Shown here: positions 1-12,399 of the stretch, piece by piece
How the letters are laid out: each line of letters starts with the position of its first letter
How positions within the stretch are numbered: position 1 is the stretch's first letter
DNA from: Octopus bimaculoides
Taxonomy: Eukaryota
Reading direction: 5' to 3'
NCBI RefSeq assembly: GCF_001194135.2
Contig: NC_068995.1
Span: forward strand, 21,520,215-21,568,595
DNA length: 48,381 nt
Translations under genes and position numbers: made by a program
Notes under the pieces: model-generated
Databases searched by the model: none
The model's input: only the letters and a program-made list of their open reading frames with translations
Told to the model about the DNA's origin: nothing

Positions 1-41
<41 letters not shown>

Positions 42-59
42 TTTATATATATATAAATG

Positions 60-118
<59 letters not shown>

Positions 119-1522
119 TTAAGCACATATATGAAGCATATAGATATATGTTGTATATATATATGAACGTAAATACATACATATGAATATACATACCTAT
201 TCTTTAATGTATTGAACCTATTCAACCGAAGAAATATAATTGGCTAGCTCTGAAGATCAAATATAGGTTTCTTTCAACTAATATCTAAACTCTAGCAACA
301 ATATGGCTCTTGGCAGGAGATATATTTAGATGTATGAACAGAAGTTTCATAGAGTTGGAGTCACAACAATTGTCTAGACAGCCATAATATACTATATAAA
401 TATAACATTATGTATGTTTTCCAATAATAAATAATAAACAGTGTAGATTAGTATTTACCGCTAAGTTCCATCATTCAATCGCTGACTTTAGGAGTCCTTG
501 GACTAATCAAACAATCAGTCCTACGTGGCTCGGCTTGTTTGTAACAGTAAATTTCAAAAGGCTATAGAAATATAGCATCTACGTAGACAGAATCAATTGA
601 TATTTCAATACACAGGAATATGTAAAACGCAAAGCAGATTTAAATATGAATATGGATACTGTGCATAGGTCACCGAATCTTTAAGAGAAAATGTTGGTCT
701 TGCAAAACGAACTGAAATTTGACAATATTCTTTCATATTGCATATGTGGGCATCTCACTCAAGATTTTGATTAACAGGAATATTTTTAGAAAATCTACCC
801 TACATTTTTCATCGAAACATTTTAGTATGGGCCACAGTAAATTTAAAAAAAGCATTGCTATTCCAAAGCAAGAAAATAAACATAAATGTAATTATTTAAT
901 CTGGATTGATGTCTAGGTTGTGCTTGTTATTTCGTGTTACAGAAATATATATCTGATTTATAAAGAACACAAACCAAAATAACTGGTATATGTAGAGACA
1001 TTCGTTATGTTTCTGTATCAATATATTAGTTTTGTCTGCGTTATTGATGATACGCCACTAGAAATAAATGACAAGTTGTTTAGAAACATTAAATAGACTG
1101 TGTTATTTAAAGAGATTTTCCCAATACAAATCTGCATGTTTTTACATCATCTTTAACTTGGACGTTGACCTGGTGAACATCTCCCCTCACCTGAAACAGA
1201 TGTTTAATAGACAATCTTATTTTCATAGCTACAACTATAAATGTTAAAGATTGTGGGACTTGATAAGTTAGAATATTTATATGTATATATATATANNNNN
1301 NNNNNNNNNNNNNNNNNNNNNNNNNNNNNNNNNNNNNNNNNNNNNNNNNNNNNNNNNNNNNNNNNNNNNNNNNNNNNNNNNNNNNNNNNNNNNNNNNNNN
1401 NNNNNNNNNNNNNNNNNNNNNNNNNNACACCTAAATCTGGATCTAGGGATCCGTGTTAGGGTTCTGTTGTAGCATTTATGTATTATATTAGGGAAAAATC
1501 TAACCTAAGAGGTTGGTTAATA

Positions 1523-1962
1523 CATCAGAGACAAGGTATGAATATTTTAGATGGGAAAATGTTATAGTTCACAACGCATACATTCATAGTTTATAAGGAA
1601 AATATAGAAGAATAAAGTAATAAAATAGAAGAATGAAAAGAAAAAGTAGTTAGAAGATTATAGGCAGGAAAATAATGTCCACAACTCATCTTTTTCCAGA
1701 GGATATCGATGTTGGTCAGTACTTCCATGAAGATACAAGGTTTTAGTTAAAATCCCACGTAAATGCCGGCAACATTTTGACAATACTCGGAATGATGTAT
1801 TCGTATTGTAAATGTGTATATAGAGCGGGATAGTATGATAGACATGAAAGGGTTTTGTGTCTACATTCTTCTAAATACCTTTACTCTTTATTCTTCTATT
1901 TTATTCCTTATAAACTATGAATTGTATCTCCCTTCTAAAATATTCATACCTTGTCTCTGATG
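1523..1962. repeat. Inverted repeat (arms 1523-1634 and 1864-1962), probably Penelope-like pLTR fold-back
   Basis: CATCAGAGACAAGGTATGAATATTTTAGATGGGA (1523-1556) is the reverse complement of 1929-1962 with 1 mismatch. A second matched block follows after a ~21-nt insertion in the left arm. The Penelope assignment is inferred. Confidence 0.8.
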
Positions 1963-4518
1963 ACGGAATACCCACTGCACGAATATGCTAATCAACCACT
2001 TGGCTTATCCCACAGAGAGCTGCAACACTTTAAATTCACCTTACCATAATTAAATTATTCTAAATTACTTCAGATACTCGTTCTGCCTTAGTTTTGATTC
2101 TTCCTCTTATATATTATATTTCCGACACAAGTTTCTTTTAAACCAGTTTTTATTTGTATTCTCATCTTTAAACATGATATATACACACCTTATATAATGA
2201 CCTACTTTCGAATAAATCCAGAGCCTAAAATGATACATTATAAAATACCGAAGTTTAGACAGAATTGAAGAAATATTTATAAAGACATAGCCCAGAGACT
2301 CTACCTCCATCAAACTAAGTGTTGAATTTGCTACTTTTTAACCAAATCGATCATGGAACATTGAACACCTATACAGAATCATATAAAGCAACAAATTATA
2401 GACCAACATCAACGCGCAAGATTTACAATTTTCCATACTAAAAACACCATGCACTGCTCAACTAAAAAGAACAGAAAATACTCTAAATAATAACAGTAAC
2501 AATTATTAAAGGAACTGACTAGCAAGAACATAACACCTTATATATTTTTATTTGTGTTTGAACCCCTAAAAAATCCCATTAGAAATGTACTGACTAGAGG
2601 ATACTCTGGGAAGATTGAATTTCTTTTGACCTGGAAGTTTAATAGTTTAACTCGTTCAGTCAATGTTGTTGACTATTTTAGTTGAATGGACGGCTTTAAG
2701 TCTGCGCAGAGCTAATTATCTTTATTTGATATTTCCCACTGATAACTGTTAAAGAGGCAAAATTGCTGTGCAAAAATGACCTTTTTACACCTATCAGCAG
2801 AAGAGAAATTTTTAACCTCCGGAATATCCTTCTAGAACTTGAAATACGTCGTAAACATATTTCAACATACCTAAATTTCACGTGTGAATAAATAAATAAA
2901 TTTATATATNNNNNNNNNNNNNNNNNNNNNNNNNNNNNNNNNNNNNNNNNNNNNNNNNNNNNNNNNNNNNNNNNNNNNNNNNNNNNNNNNNNNNNNNNNN
3001 NNNNNNNNNNNNNNNNNNNNNNNNNNNNNNNNNNNNNNNNNNNNNNNNNNNNNNNNNNNNNNNNNNNNNNNNNNNNNNNNNNNNNNNNNNNNNNNNNNNN
3101 NNNNNNNNNNNNNNNNNNNNNNNNNNNNNNNNNNNNNNNNNNNNNNNNNNNNNNNNNNNNNNNNNNNNNNNNNNNNNNNNNNNNNNNNNNNNNNNNNNNN
3201 NNNNNNNNNNNNNNNNNNNNNNNNNNNNNNNNNNNNNNNNNNNNNNNNNNNNNNNNNNNNNNNNNNNNNNNNNNNNNNNNNNNNNNNNNNNNNNNNNNNN
3301 NNNNCATACAGTTTAGAAAAATTCATTTAATGCTTAGTATAAATCTGTACAAACTTAAACTATTTACAGTTTAATATGATATAGATGAAAGAAATAATAT
3401 TTGAGTATAATCTTTTTATTTTCAGCATAAAATTATATGTTAGAAGTGATATTTCACATTTAAAAATAAATAGCAATTCCTCTATGGTTCTTCAAAGAAA
3501 AAAAGGACCAATTATGTTTTTATTTCATGAAGGATGTGTGAATATTCCTTTCACAATTTTTTTTCGATATACAGTAGCTAATAATTTTGAATGCAAAAAA
3601 AAAAAAAAAATTATTTGCTCTGAGGATACTGTGTTACATAGTAGTTTCTAAAAGCGCCCGACTTTATTACACTAGAAAAGAGGTAAAATGCAGTTAATAA
3701 AAATGCTGCAATTAACATAAAGTGTCTTTGTCTACATTGTCTTAATGGCCAAGATTTAACTATAGTTTATATTTTCGGTTAATATTTCTCATATTGAATA
3801 CTTTTTTATACTTTGAATATTTTTTCTTTCGAAAATTCAACTATAAAAATATAACGTCACAAAGACAGATCAATTGTTTTAACAACTATATAATTGCATA
3901 CAAAAGAGTATTATCAAATAAATTAGATGCCTTTGAAATGTAGTTAATACAGAAGACATTTAAGAATATCATGAACAAAACATAGAACCAATAATAAAAT
4001 ACTAAGAATTGCAAAAACTAAGAAAATTTTATTAGATACTAACAAAAAAGAAAACTAAAATATTTCGGACAGTTAATTAGAAAAAAGTTTAACTGGGAAA
4101 AAATATGAAAATGGAGGAAAGAAAATACGTGAATAGATGTTCTCAAGAATGAAATAGACGTAAGATACAGTGAATCATAAGAAAAACAAGGACCTAGGCT
4201 GTGATCTTGGCATTCAAATGATGAGGGCGGACGATAAGCAGGTGATGATAATGATGGTGATGATGATGATGACGACGACGACATAACTGAACCGAAAATT
4301 CGGTTTCACTCCTTGCAAGCCGAGACTGAGATGTGTTTTCAATGTTATTGTGAAATCAATGCAAGTTCATTTGTTGAATTATTGCACGTGAAAAATCCGG
4401 ACGCCAAAATATTCTACTTCTTCATTCTAAAAAGGAAAAGTGTTAGACAAAGTTCAGCAATATATAAATGATAAAATAAGTTATTTAGGGCTCTCGTTTT
4501 GAATAATTAATTTGTATA

Positions 4519-4854
4519 TGTTGTGTCGACGCCTCCAAGCGAAGAAGGAGGCTCGACCTAGACATATAAATAAAGGTAGTCTGACCGTGGTAGGAGTGGA
4601 CTAACAGTGGACTGATAGTGGACTGACAGTGGACTGACTATTGAGTAGCTGCCGTGTAGCGGTTGAGTAGAGATCATCCGAAGGTGCTAGATAGCAGTAG
4701 CTTGAGACATAACAGTATATTTTCTCTCTGGTCAGTCGCTGAAAAGCCCCTGAAAAACTGTTTTCTGATGTACTTAACTTATATAATAAGCTGATTATAT
4801 AATAAACCAATTATAAACTTATATAATAAACTAATTAAAGAATAATTTCTTGCA
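4519..4854 (+). mobile_element. Possible solo LTR
   Basis: TG...CA ends, flanks TATA/TACA (4-bp TSD with 1 mismatch), TATA-like TATAAATA, four 11-bp tandem repeats, and AATAAA near the 3' end. No internal domains or second LTR are visible. Confidence 0.33.
4596..4639 (+). repeat. 11-bp tandem repeat x4 (GTGGACT(G/A)A(C/T)(A/T))
   Basis: GTGGACTAACA GTGGACTGATA GTGGACTGACA GTGGACTGACT read directly. Confidence 0.95.
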
Positions 4855-5835
4855 TACAGGTTCACAGTTTTCTTTATTCGAACAATAGTTAAGATAATTT
4901 TGGTGTCTTTGCGAGAGTTGGTTGTTTGATCCCAGCTAAACAATGATATATCGATGTATAATCATAATTTACACGTACCAGCCGTTTAAGAAACAATTCT
5001 TATGTACTTCCATTATTATAAAGTCAAATATTTCTATGAAAATGTAAGATCAATTGAATCGGTTCTATTTCAAGTGTGTACATATTTCATTGATCCCAAA
5101 AGAAGAACAAGGAAGATCAAAATGGGAATCATTTGAACAAAAGTGTAACGTAACGAAAGAAATTAATGTAATTCCATTAAACTATACTGCATCGTTTCTA
5201 TAGTGATTCTATCACTAGACTGCATGAGGGTATGAAAGCTTAATGTAAACAAATAGGAAGTCACTTAGAGGTGTCTTTAAAAAATAAATTTTCACAATAT
5301 ATCTACTACCCAAATCGTAAACTAAATATGTCAAAACCATGTGTTAGGATTTTAGATGATTTCTACACACGAAGTTTTTATGTTTCCACTGACAATTTTA
5401 TGAAATGTACTGTCATTCAGTTTTTATGACGGGCAAAGTTTGATGTAAATGTCAAAAGAAATTTGAAAGATGGATTTTGATATTTACATTAAATTATGGT
5501 TAGTTTGTTTAGTACCTGCAGTTTCCTTAAATGTTTTTGTTTAATTGTTTTCTATGTCTTTATACAATTTTTGGGCTTATATTTTGTTATATTTAAAATA
5601 TCCCTGCCATTAAAAGAAAAGAGCACTTAAATTTGGTTGTCTGTTCAGCTGCTAACACCTCTTAATCGAGTTTTTATCATACGAGACAGTGAGAAATACA
5701 TACATACATATACATACACACACATACACCGCTACATACATACATATATACATACATACATACATCATACATACATACTTACATACATACATATATGTTC
5801 ATATGGATGTGAGCGAGCATGTCATATACATATAT

Positions 5836-5890
<55 letters not shown>

Positions 5891-6519
5891 CCTCGTGTTG
5901 TGATTATTCCAATGAACATTTCTCTAAGGAGGCTTAAATAAATAGAAACAAGTTAAGTAAGATGTTTGAAATATCGACGAATAAGAAGCAAAATATTCGG
6001 AATTATATTTAGAAATCTCATGCAATGTTTCACGTGACAAGAAAGGATGATTCCATTTCACGTGTTATGGAGATAGGAATAAAATGTATCTTTTTCAAGC
6101 ACCGATATTTTAGTATATGCGGATTTTTGGCACTATCCTGTAAATTTACGTTAGAAATTCTTTGTTTAACCCGGGACAAAAAAAAAATGTTTAAGTATTT
6201 TGTATATTTAGCTCTTTTATACTACCATATTTAATTGAAAATTAAAGCCAACGGCATACGTGACCACAAATGTAATGGCCTGTCATGAACCAAATAAACA
6301 TAAAATTGTCGTATAAAATCTTAGGTGGAGGCGTTTAAATGAAGGACCTGAATTCTGTAATATATGGGCTTACAGGCCTTCTAATGAGTGATGTTGAATA
6401 TAGACCAACAGAAGAACATCTGTAAGCATATGACGTTTGTGCAACTGAACCACTATTATACATATTACTTACAATACTTCCCATATTTAAGTTTATAACG
6501 TGACATATCATATTCATTT

Positions 6520-6715
6520 AGAAGCTGTCAGAATAGTCTGCGAAATGCTTAGCTACATTTTGTCCATTTTCACGTTCATGAAATTCCGCAGGGGTTGATA
6601 TTGCGTTTCATTCTTTCGGGGCGGATAGATTGAAGTACCCTTTGAATCCCAGCATCAATGTAATAAATTTAGCCTCTCCCTCGTAATTGCTATCTTGTGA
6701 CAACTATTGAAATCA
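6520..6715 (+). mobile_element. tRNA-derived SINE, family 2, degenerate
   Basis: GAAATGCTTAGC...AAATTCCGCAGGGGTTGAT...CATTCTTTCGGGG aligns with the 36223 and 43557 copies. Confidence 0.68.
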
Positions 6716-9667
6716 ATATTATATCCATTTCTTCTTTAGAAATAAAAAGGATGATAGTACAATTCTGACAACAAACGTCGATAAGTAGAATTTCCGTTTA
6801 TTCAAATTCAACCTGCGTAAAAATAATTTATATGCAATATAATTATATTCAAACCCTATCAATGTGAGCAATACAGCTTTTAACCATTTATGTGAAATAA
6901 CCTAAGATTTACGTTCATCTTGTTTGTGAAATAATACGAATAAACTGATTTTGAGGTGAATTTCACTTATTTATATGTAAGAAGCAACGAACTATGTAAG
7001 TCCTTATTGCATTTTAACAGTTGGTTAGACCTAATGAGAAAAATGTAGGATCAAATTAGTTTCGATTTTCAACATCTCATTTTTACTCTTTGTCTATATC
7101 AAGGGTGCAGAATTCTGGTTATATTTGCTTTTGCATACACCTGTACGTTATTTGAAAAAGATGTGGATAAAACGCATTTTCAGGTCCAACATGTAGGTAT
7201 TGTTAATTGATACATGAAAACATATTTGTATAGAGTTACTGACTGGTATACATAAACATTTTGGCCATAAAATTATTTACAATATTGTGTCAATGTATGA
7301 CCAGGTTTTCGTTTCTCTAACCTCTTTTACTCAAATTCTAAAATCCGTTTCTAAACACTTAAAATAGTCCGACTCCAGCAACATTGTATCATATTTGCTC
7401 ATTTTGCGTCATTTTAATTCAATCTATTCGGTTTCTCCTGTTTTCTAAGTTCGCTGATTAAAAAAAAAAATGTTCCACCATTGTTTTCTAATGATTCTAA
7501 TTCGATGAGTGTCAATGTTTTCTTTTGATCTTTCGTGTGTTACGCTTTAACATTACATTTGTTTCTATGGTATCTTACTTTACGTTGCTGTTTACTTCTG
7601 CTTAAGCTGACATTGCATGTTTTTCTTTGTAATTAGTGTTAGTTTGTTTATTGTTTGATTTCTCTTTGAAATAAACGACAATGTCAACTTTTTAAAACTT
7701 TCCTAAATTAGATATTAGAACAACATATTTGTAACATGGTTCTGTCGTACTCTTCACGTCAATCGCGCAATCAAACACTCAAACATGCAGTAATTTCTTT
7801 TAGTTAGGTTTTAATTCTCCATACATTAAAAGCAATTACATTCCATCGCTAACTTGCTGGTGTTACATTTCTTCATATAGTCTATTATAATATATTGATT
7901 ATTTTGGACAGCAAATCTTGGAGTAGAATTCCTGGTTCGAAATGTGTTTGCATATATGTAACTTTAGCGAAATATTTAATTAGCAAAATATTTTTAAAAT
8001 ATATGGGGTGTAGTTAACAGAAATATTTCGTTGTTAGAGTGTATATTTATTATAAGTCTAAACAGAAAATAGACGTGAGGTACTGAATATCAAAATATAT
8101 TTAGACGTAAGTCCATTTCCTTTTCATTTCTTTCATTTCTTTTGCATTTCATTAAAAACAGAACAAGCATCAACACACAAAAACCAATTCATTAGGTGTT
8201 GAATTCTGTATTTCAATGCTATGATGGCTTAAATCCATATTAGATAATAAATAATGATAATTTTCGGAACTCCTATATCAAGAGTGAAAATTTTCAGTCC
8301 ATATCTTTACTCTTCATTTCAGTGGACTTCAAATATACATTCAGTAAATTTATATTCTACCGTTCGAATAGAATATCCGAAATATTATAATACTTATTAA
8401 CAATTACAAAAGAAAACCTATGAGATGTATATTGGGGAAATACATACTTACGTATATACGGATGACACTTTGGATTTGATACGTTACGGGTCTAACGCCG
8501 ATAAAACTAATTCCCGTATAGTAATATAGGTGTCAATCTGTTTGAGTTTTTAAAGCGTAGAACAAACTGTCTAGTGTTAATCCGGCTTTCTGGTGGCTAT
8601 GTCTAAATTCTATGTCAACAGTTCATCTTTCAGGGTCGAAAATATAAAGTTCTTGTTCACTGCGGTAGTTTGATGGAATCGATAGATGTCTTGCCGTACA
8701 TACTGTAGCTCTTTGGTCTTTTGCGTTCTTGGATGGCAGTCTTGCGCGCCGCCCAATATGACTCCACTACGTAGTCGAAATATGAATTAAGTAGAGTTTA
8801 CTCTGTTGTAAGCATTCATACCAGTGTTTTTTTTTTAACTTTCTTTTTCTTTTAACAGTCTTAGGGTTTCTGAGAAAGTAAAGATGTTATAGACGTTGCC
8901 TTCTCTTACTAGACGCAGTGATAAAAACAGGAAATGATAAACAATCGTTCCCGAAACAACTGAAATTGGCTTGCTTCTTACCAAACGAAATGATTATCCT
9001 ATAACATGTTAATCCCATCAAGAAAATAACAAGTAATCTTAGTTTGTGTGTTTGTACAACATATTACAGAAACAAAAGCTAACTGAATGACCCCAGAATT
9101 TACTAGCGAGACTCAAATGTAAGCCGAAAGTTATTTACAGTTCTTTCACAAGCAAACTCCATGAACTTGAACAATGCAAGCAACAGAACAAAATTCGAGT
9201 AATCATTACGTATTGGAAACGATAGAACGTTTTGCTATTGTTCAAATCTATCGAATGCTTCTCAGTAAAATTAGCAATCGATTGTGTTTACAAACAAATA
9301 TTCGATTTAGAAACGGTGTTTGTCTTTCTTTTTTGGATATATATGTGTGTGTGTAAGCGTGTAACTACAGGTCTGTTGTTGTGTATATGTGCGTGTGAAT
9401 ATGTATGCAATGATTGTTATTCGGTGAAGTTTACAATGTCTGTTCAGTATAAAAGCTAGTTGATAAATGTAATTTGGTGCTTTGGATGCAAAGCTAAATG
9501 CTTTTGTTTAGAAATGTAAAAATAAGGAATAAAAGAAATCTTACAAGCTTTCAATTCTTAAATTCTGTTCTTTTTTACTTTTCTTCTTTGATCTGTCTTT
9601 TTATCGTCGCCGAACAGTATATATCTCTTTATCATTTACGGACTGTTTTCCTTCTCTCATTCTCTCG

Positions 9668-9712
<45 letters not shown>

Positions 9713-11749
9713 ATATGTATTATATATATANNNNNNNNNNNNNNNNNNNNNNNNNNNNNNNNNNNNNNNNNNNNNNNNNNNNNNNNNNNNNNNNNNNNNN
9801 NNNNNNNNNNNNNNNNNNNNNNNNNNNNNNNNNNNNNNNNNNNNNNNNNNNNNNNNNNNNNNNNNNNNNNNNNNNNNNNNNNNNNNNNNNNNNNNNNNNN
9901 NNNNNNNNNNNNNNNNNNNNNNNNNNNNNNNNNNNNNNNNNNNNNNNNNNNNNNNNNNNNNNNNNNNNNNNNNNNNNNNNNNNNNNNNNNNNNNNNNNNN
10001 NNNNNNNNNNNNNNNNNNNNNNNNNNNNNNNNNNNNNNNNNNNNNNNNNNNNNNNNNNNNNNNNNNNNNNNNNNNNNNNNNNNNNNNNNNNNNNNNNNNN
10101 NNNNNNNNNNNTATATATATATATATATATATGTAGATAGATATATGTACCCACACATACAGACATATTCTATGAAGTGGTCATGTGAAATTAAACAGAA
10201 AGCAGACACCCATATAAGCTATTTAGACCTCATATATCAATCTGTCATCAAAAAAGTATAGTTATTGATAGGAAAACCTAAATCTTTATATCTCTCAACG
10301 TGCTTCCCGCAACCGATGTAAATTATGTTACTCTGTGAAGGACAGAGAAGCTATTTTTCCTGCCTATTGTTATATAGCTAAGCAGAGATATTTATGTACG
10401 ATTTTGATTGGTTGGAAAGTAGCTCATATTCACTCATGGTTTCTCTTGGTTTAAAACGTTCTACGTTGCCATACAATTATGAGTTTTGTACAAATTCCTA
10501 TAAGACTTCTATAATGAAATATTCCAGGTTTCGTAATCTCAGGCTGGAGATCATGCTTCGACTATTGTTATATAGATGAAAACTATTTTCCTGTTTAAAG
10601 TTAAATTGTCAACCTGACCAGGTCCATTAACCTAAATAATAGTAAAGTAATGGTTCTGGTTGAATATTGAGAAGTAAACGCTAAAATTATTTCCAGAATA
10701 TTTCCTAGGAAACAATTTCTGTTTGCATTTAATTTAACTACTAGAAACGTTTCTTCTAAAGCTTGATTTGCACGGAAGAAAACATATTTTACATATAGCA
10801 AGATAGGAGAATCGTAAAAAATTTCAAGGATCCGCATCACTAAAAGGAAATACGTAGATTATGTTTCATTCTGTAACAAAGCCGAGAGTTTCAGGCACTT
10901 GTGTTCCTTTGGATGTACAGCCCTCTTTCTAGATAAGAGTTCTTACACTGAATCCTTACTGGCGCAGTAAACCCAGTTATTAGCAGTTCTTCCTTGTATG
11001 ATAAATTAATGTTTTTGAAACACAAGCAAGGATCAAACATAATGATCCTAACTGTGACTCACATGTGAGTAACAATAGTATTGTTACTCACATGTGCAGC
11101 TTAATATGTTTGGCTGCTCTATCGTTTACCTGCTCTTATCAACTGAAAGACATAGAATAGAAATATTGTGTAGGGGGACACTAAAAAAATAAAATAAATA
11201 AATGAGAATAAAATATAGTAGGACATGTCTCGTACATGTATCTATTTATTGGCGTCGATAAACAAACACTAGAGTGTTTATGAAAATTCATTAGTGTAGT
11301 ATTGCATAAGCCCCATTGGCATTTCTTTAGATATAATCTGTACTTTCGAAGATGTGAAAGACTCGGGAAATTACTAATGGATTTATGACAGGAAGACAAT
11401 TTCAATACACAATCTATCTGGGAATGATTACAAAAAATATCTGCTGTACATTATACATAAGAATATATTTTAATATATTGACTTACTTCAAAATATAATA
11501 CAATAATAGTATATTCACTAGTATAAGTTCGGAATCGAAAAATGCAATGATATCATTAAGAAGAAAATGTTACACTAAATTAAATTTCTTTTTCAACCAC
11601 CAATAAAATATGTGGGAAAATATACGATAATATATCTTTAAAATATCAATAAAAAACTAGATATTCGAGAACTATTTTTAGTTACAAGAGTAAAACAAAT
11701 CTAAAAATTAGGGCATAATTTTTAAAAGACTATATGTTCTTTTCTACTC

Positions 11750-11942
11750 CAGGCACAGTACCTGAAATTTTAGGAGAGGGGACCAGTTATTTAGATCGTG
11801 TCCAGAAGGCAACAGGTACTTAATTTATCCACCCTGAAAGGATGAAATGCAAAGTCGACATCGGTGGAATTTGAACGTAAAGGAGACAAAATACCGCTAA
11901 GCATTTCGCTCGAATTGCTAACATTTCTGCTAACTCGGTGCA
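11750..11942 (-). mobile_element. tRNA-derived SINE, family 2
   Basis: Reverse complement contains GAAATGCTTAGCGGTATTT, GTTCAAATTCCACCGATGTCGACTTTGC and CATCCTTTC. Confidence 0.8.
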
Positions 11943-12015
11943 TTTAATAGGCAATATGTTACGAACGTACAATGGGGCATAATAATTGTCAAGACCAGTA
12001 GTACACCCTATATAT

Positions 12016-12399
12016 ATGTGGCTGCGTGGTAAGTAGTTTGCCATCCACAAGGATAGGTGTTTAAGTCCCAATGCGTCGCAACTTGGACAAGTGTCTATTA
12101 CAATAGCCTTGGACTGAACAAAGCCTTGTGAGTAAATTTCGCAAACAGAATCTGAAAGAAGCCGGTCGTATATGTACGTGCGCGCGCGCGCGTATCCTTA
12201 TGTCTCTCTTTGTCCACCACCTCTTGACAACGGGTGTTGATGTTTTTACGTTCCCGTACTTTTCGATAAAAAACCGAAAGAATAAATTCGTGGCTTAAAA
12301 AGAAAAAAATAATGGAGTCGATGCATCTGACTAAAACTACTTCCTGCTGATGCCCCAGAATGGCCGCGGTCTAAAAACTGAAAGAAATAAAAGATAAAA
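12016..12399 (+). mobile_element. tRNA-derived SINE, family 1 (internal microsatellite linker), degenerate full-length copy
   Basis: A-box-like TGGCTGCGTGG, shared body ...GAAAGAAGCCGGTCGTATA, microsatellite linker and 3' module. Collinear with the copies at 15097 and 28108. Confidence 0.8.

Noticed and set aside
230-545. Possible LTR 3' end (AATAAA ... GGCTTGTTTGTAACA)
   Set aside because: No matching 5' TG end, TSD or second copy could be identified.
4240-4305. (GAT)n/(GAC)n array and AACCGAA-AA-TTCGGTT hairpin; poly-Ser ORF 4039-4284
   Set aside because: A simple repeat (possibly a retroposon tail) and a 7-bp stem expected by chance; not a terminator or CDS.
10601-10839. 79-codon minus-strand frame after an acceptor-like TTTCCTTTTAG, phase-compatible with the 19029 donor
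   Set aside because: Composition is typical of AT-rich noise, there is no recognisable homology and no strong donor.
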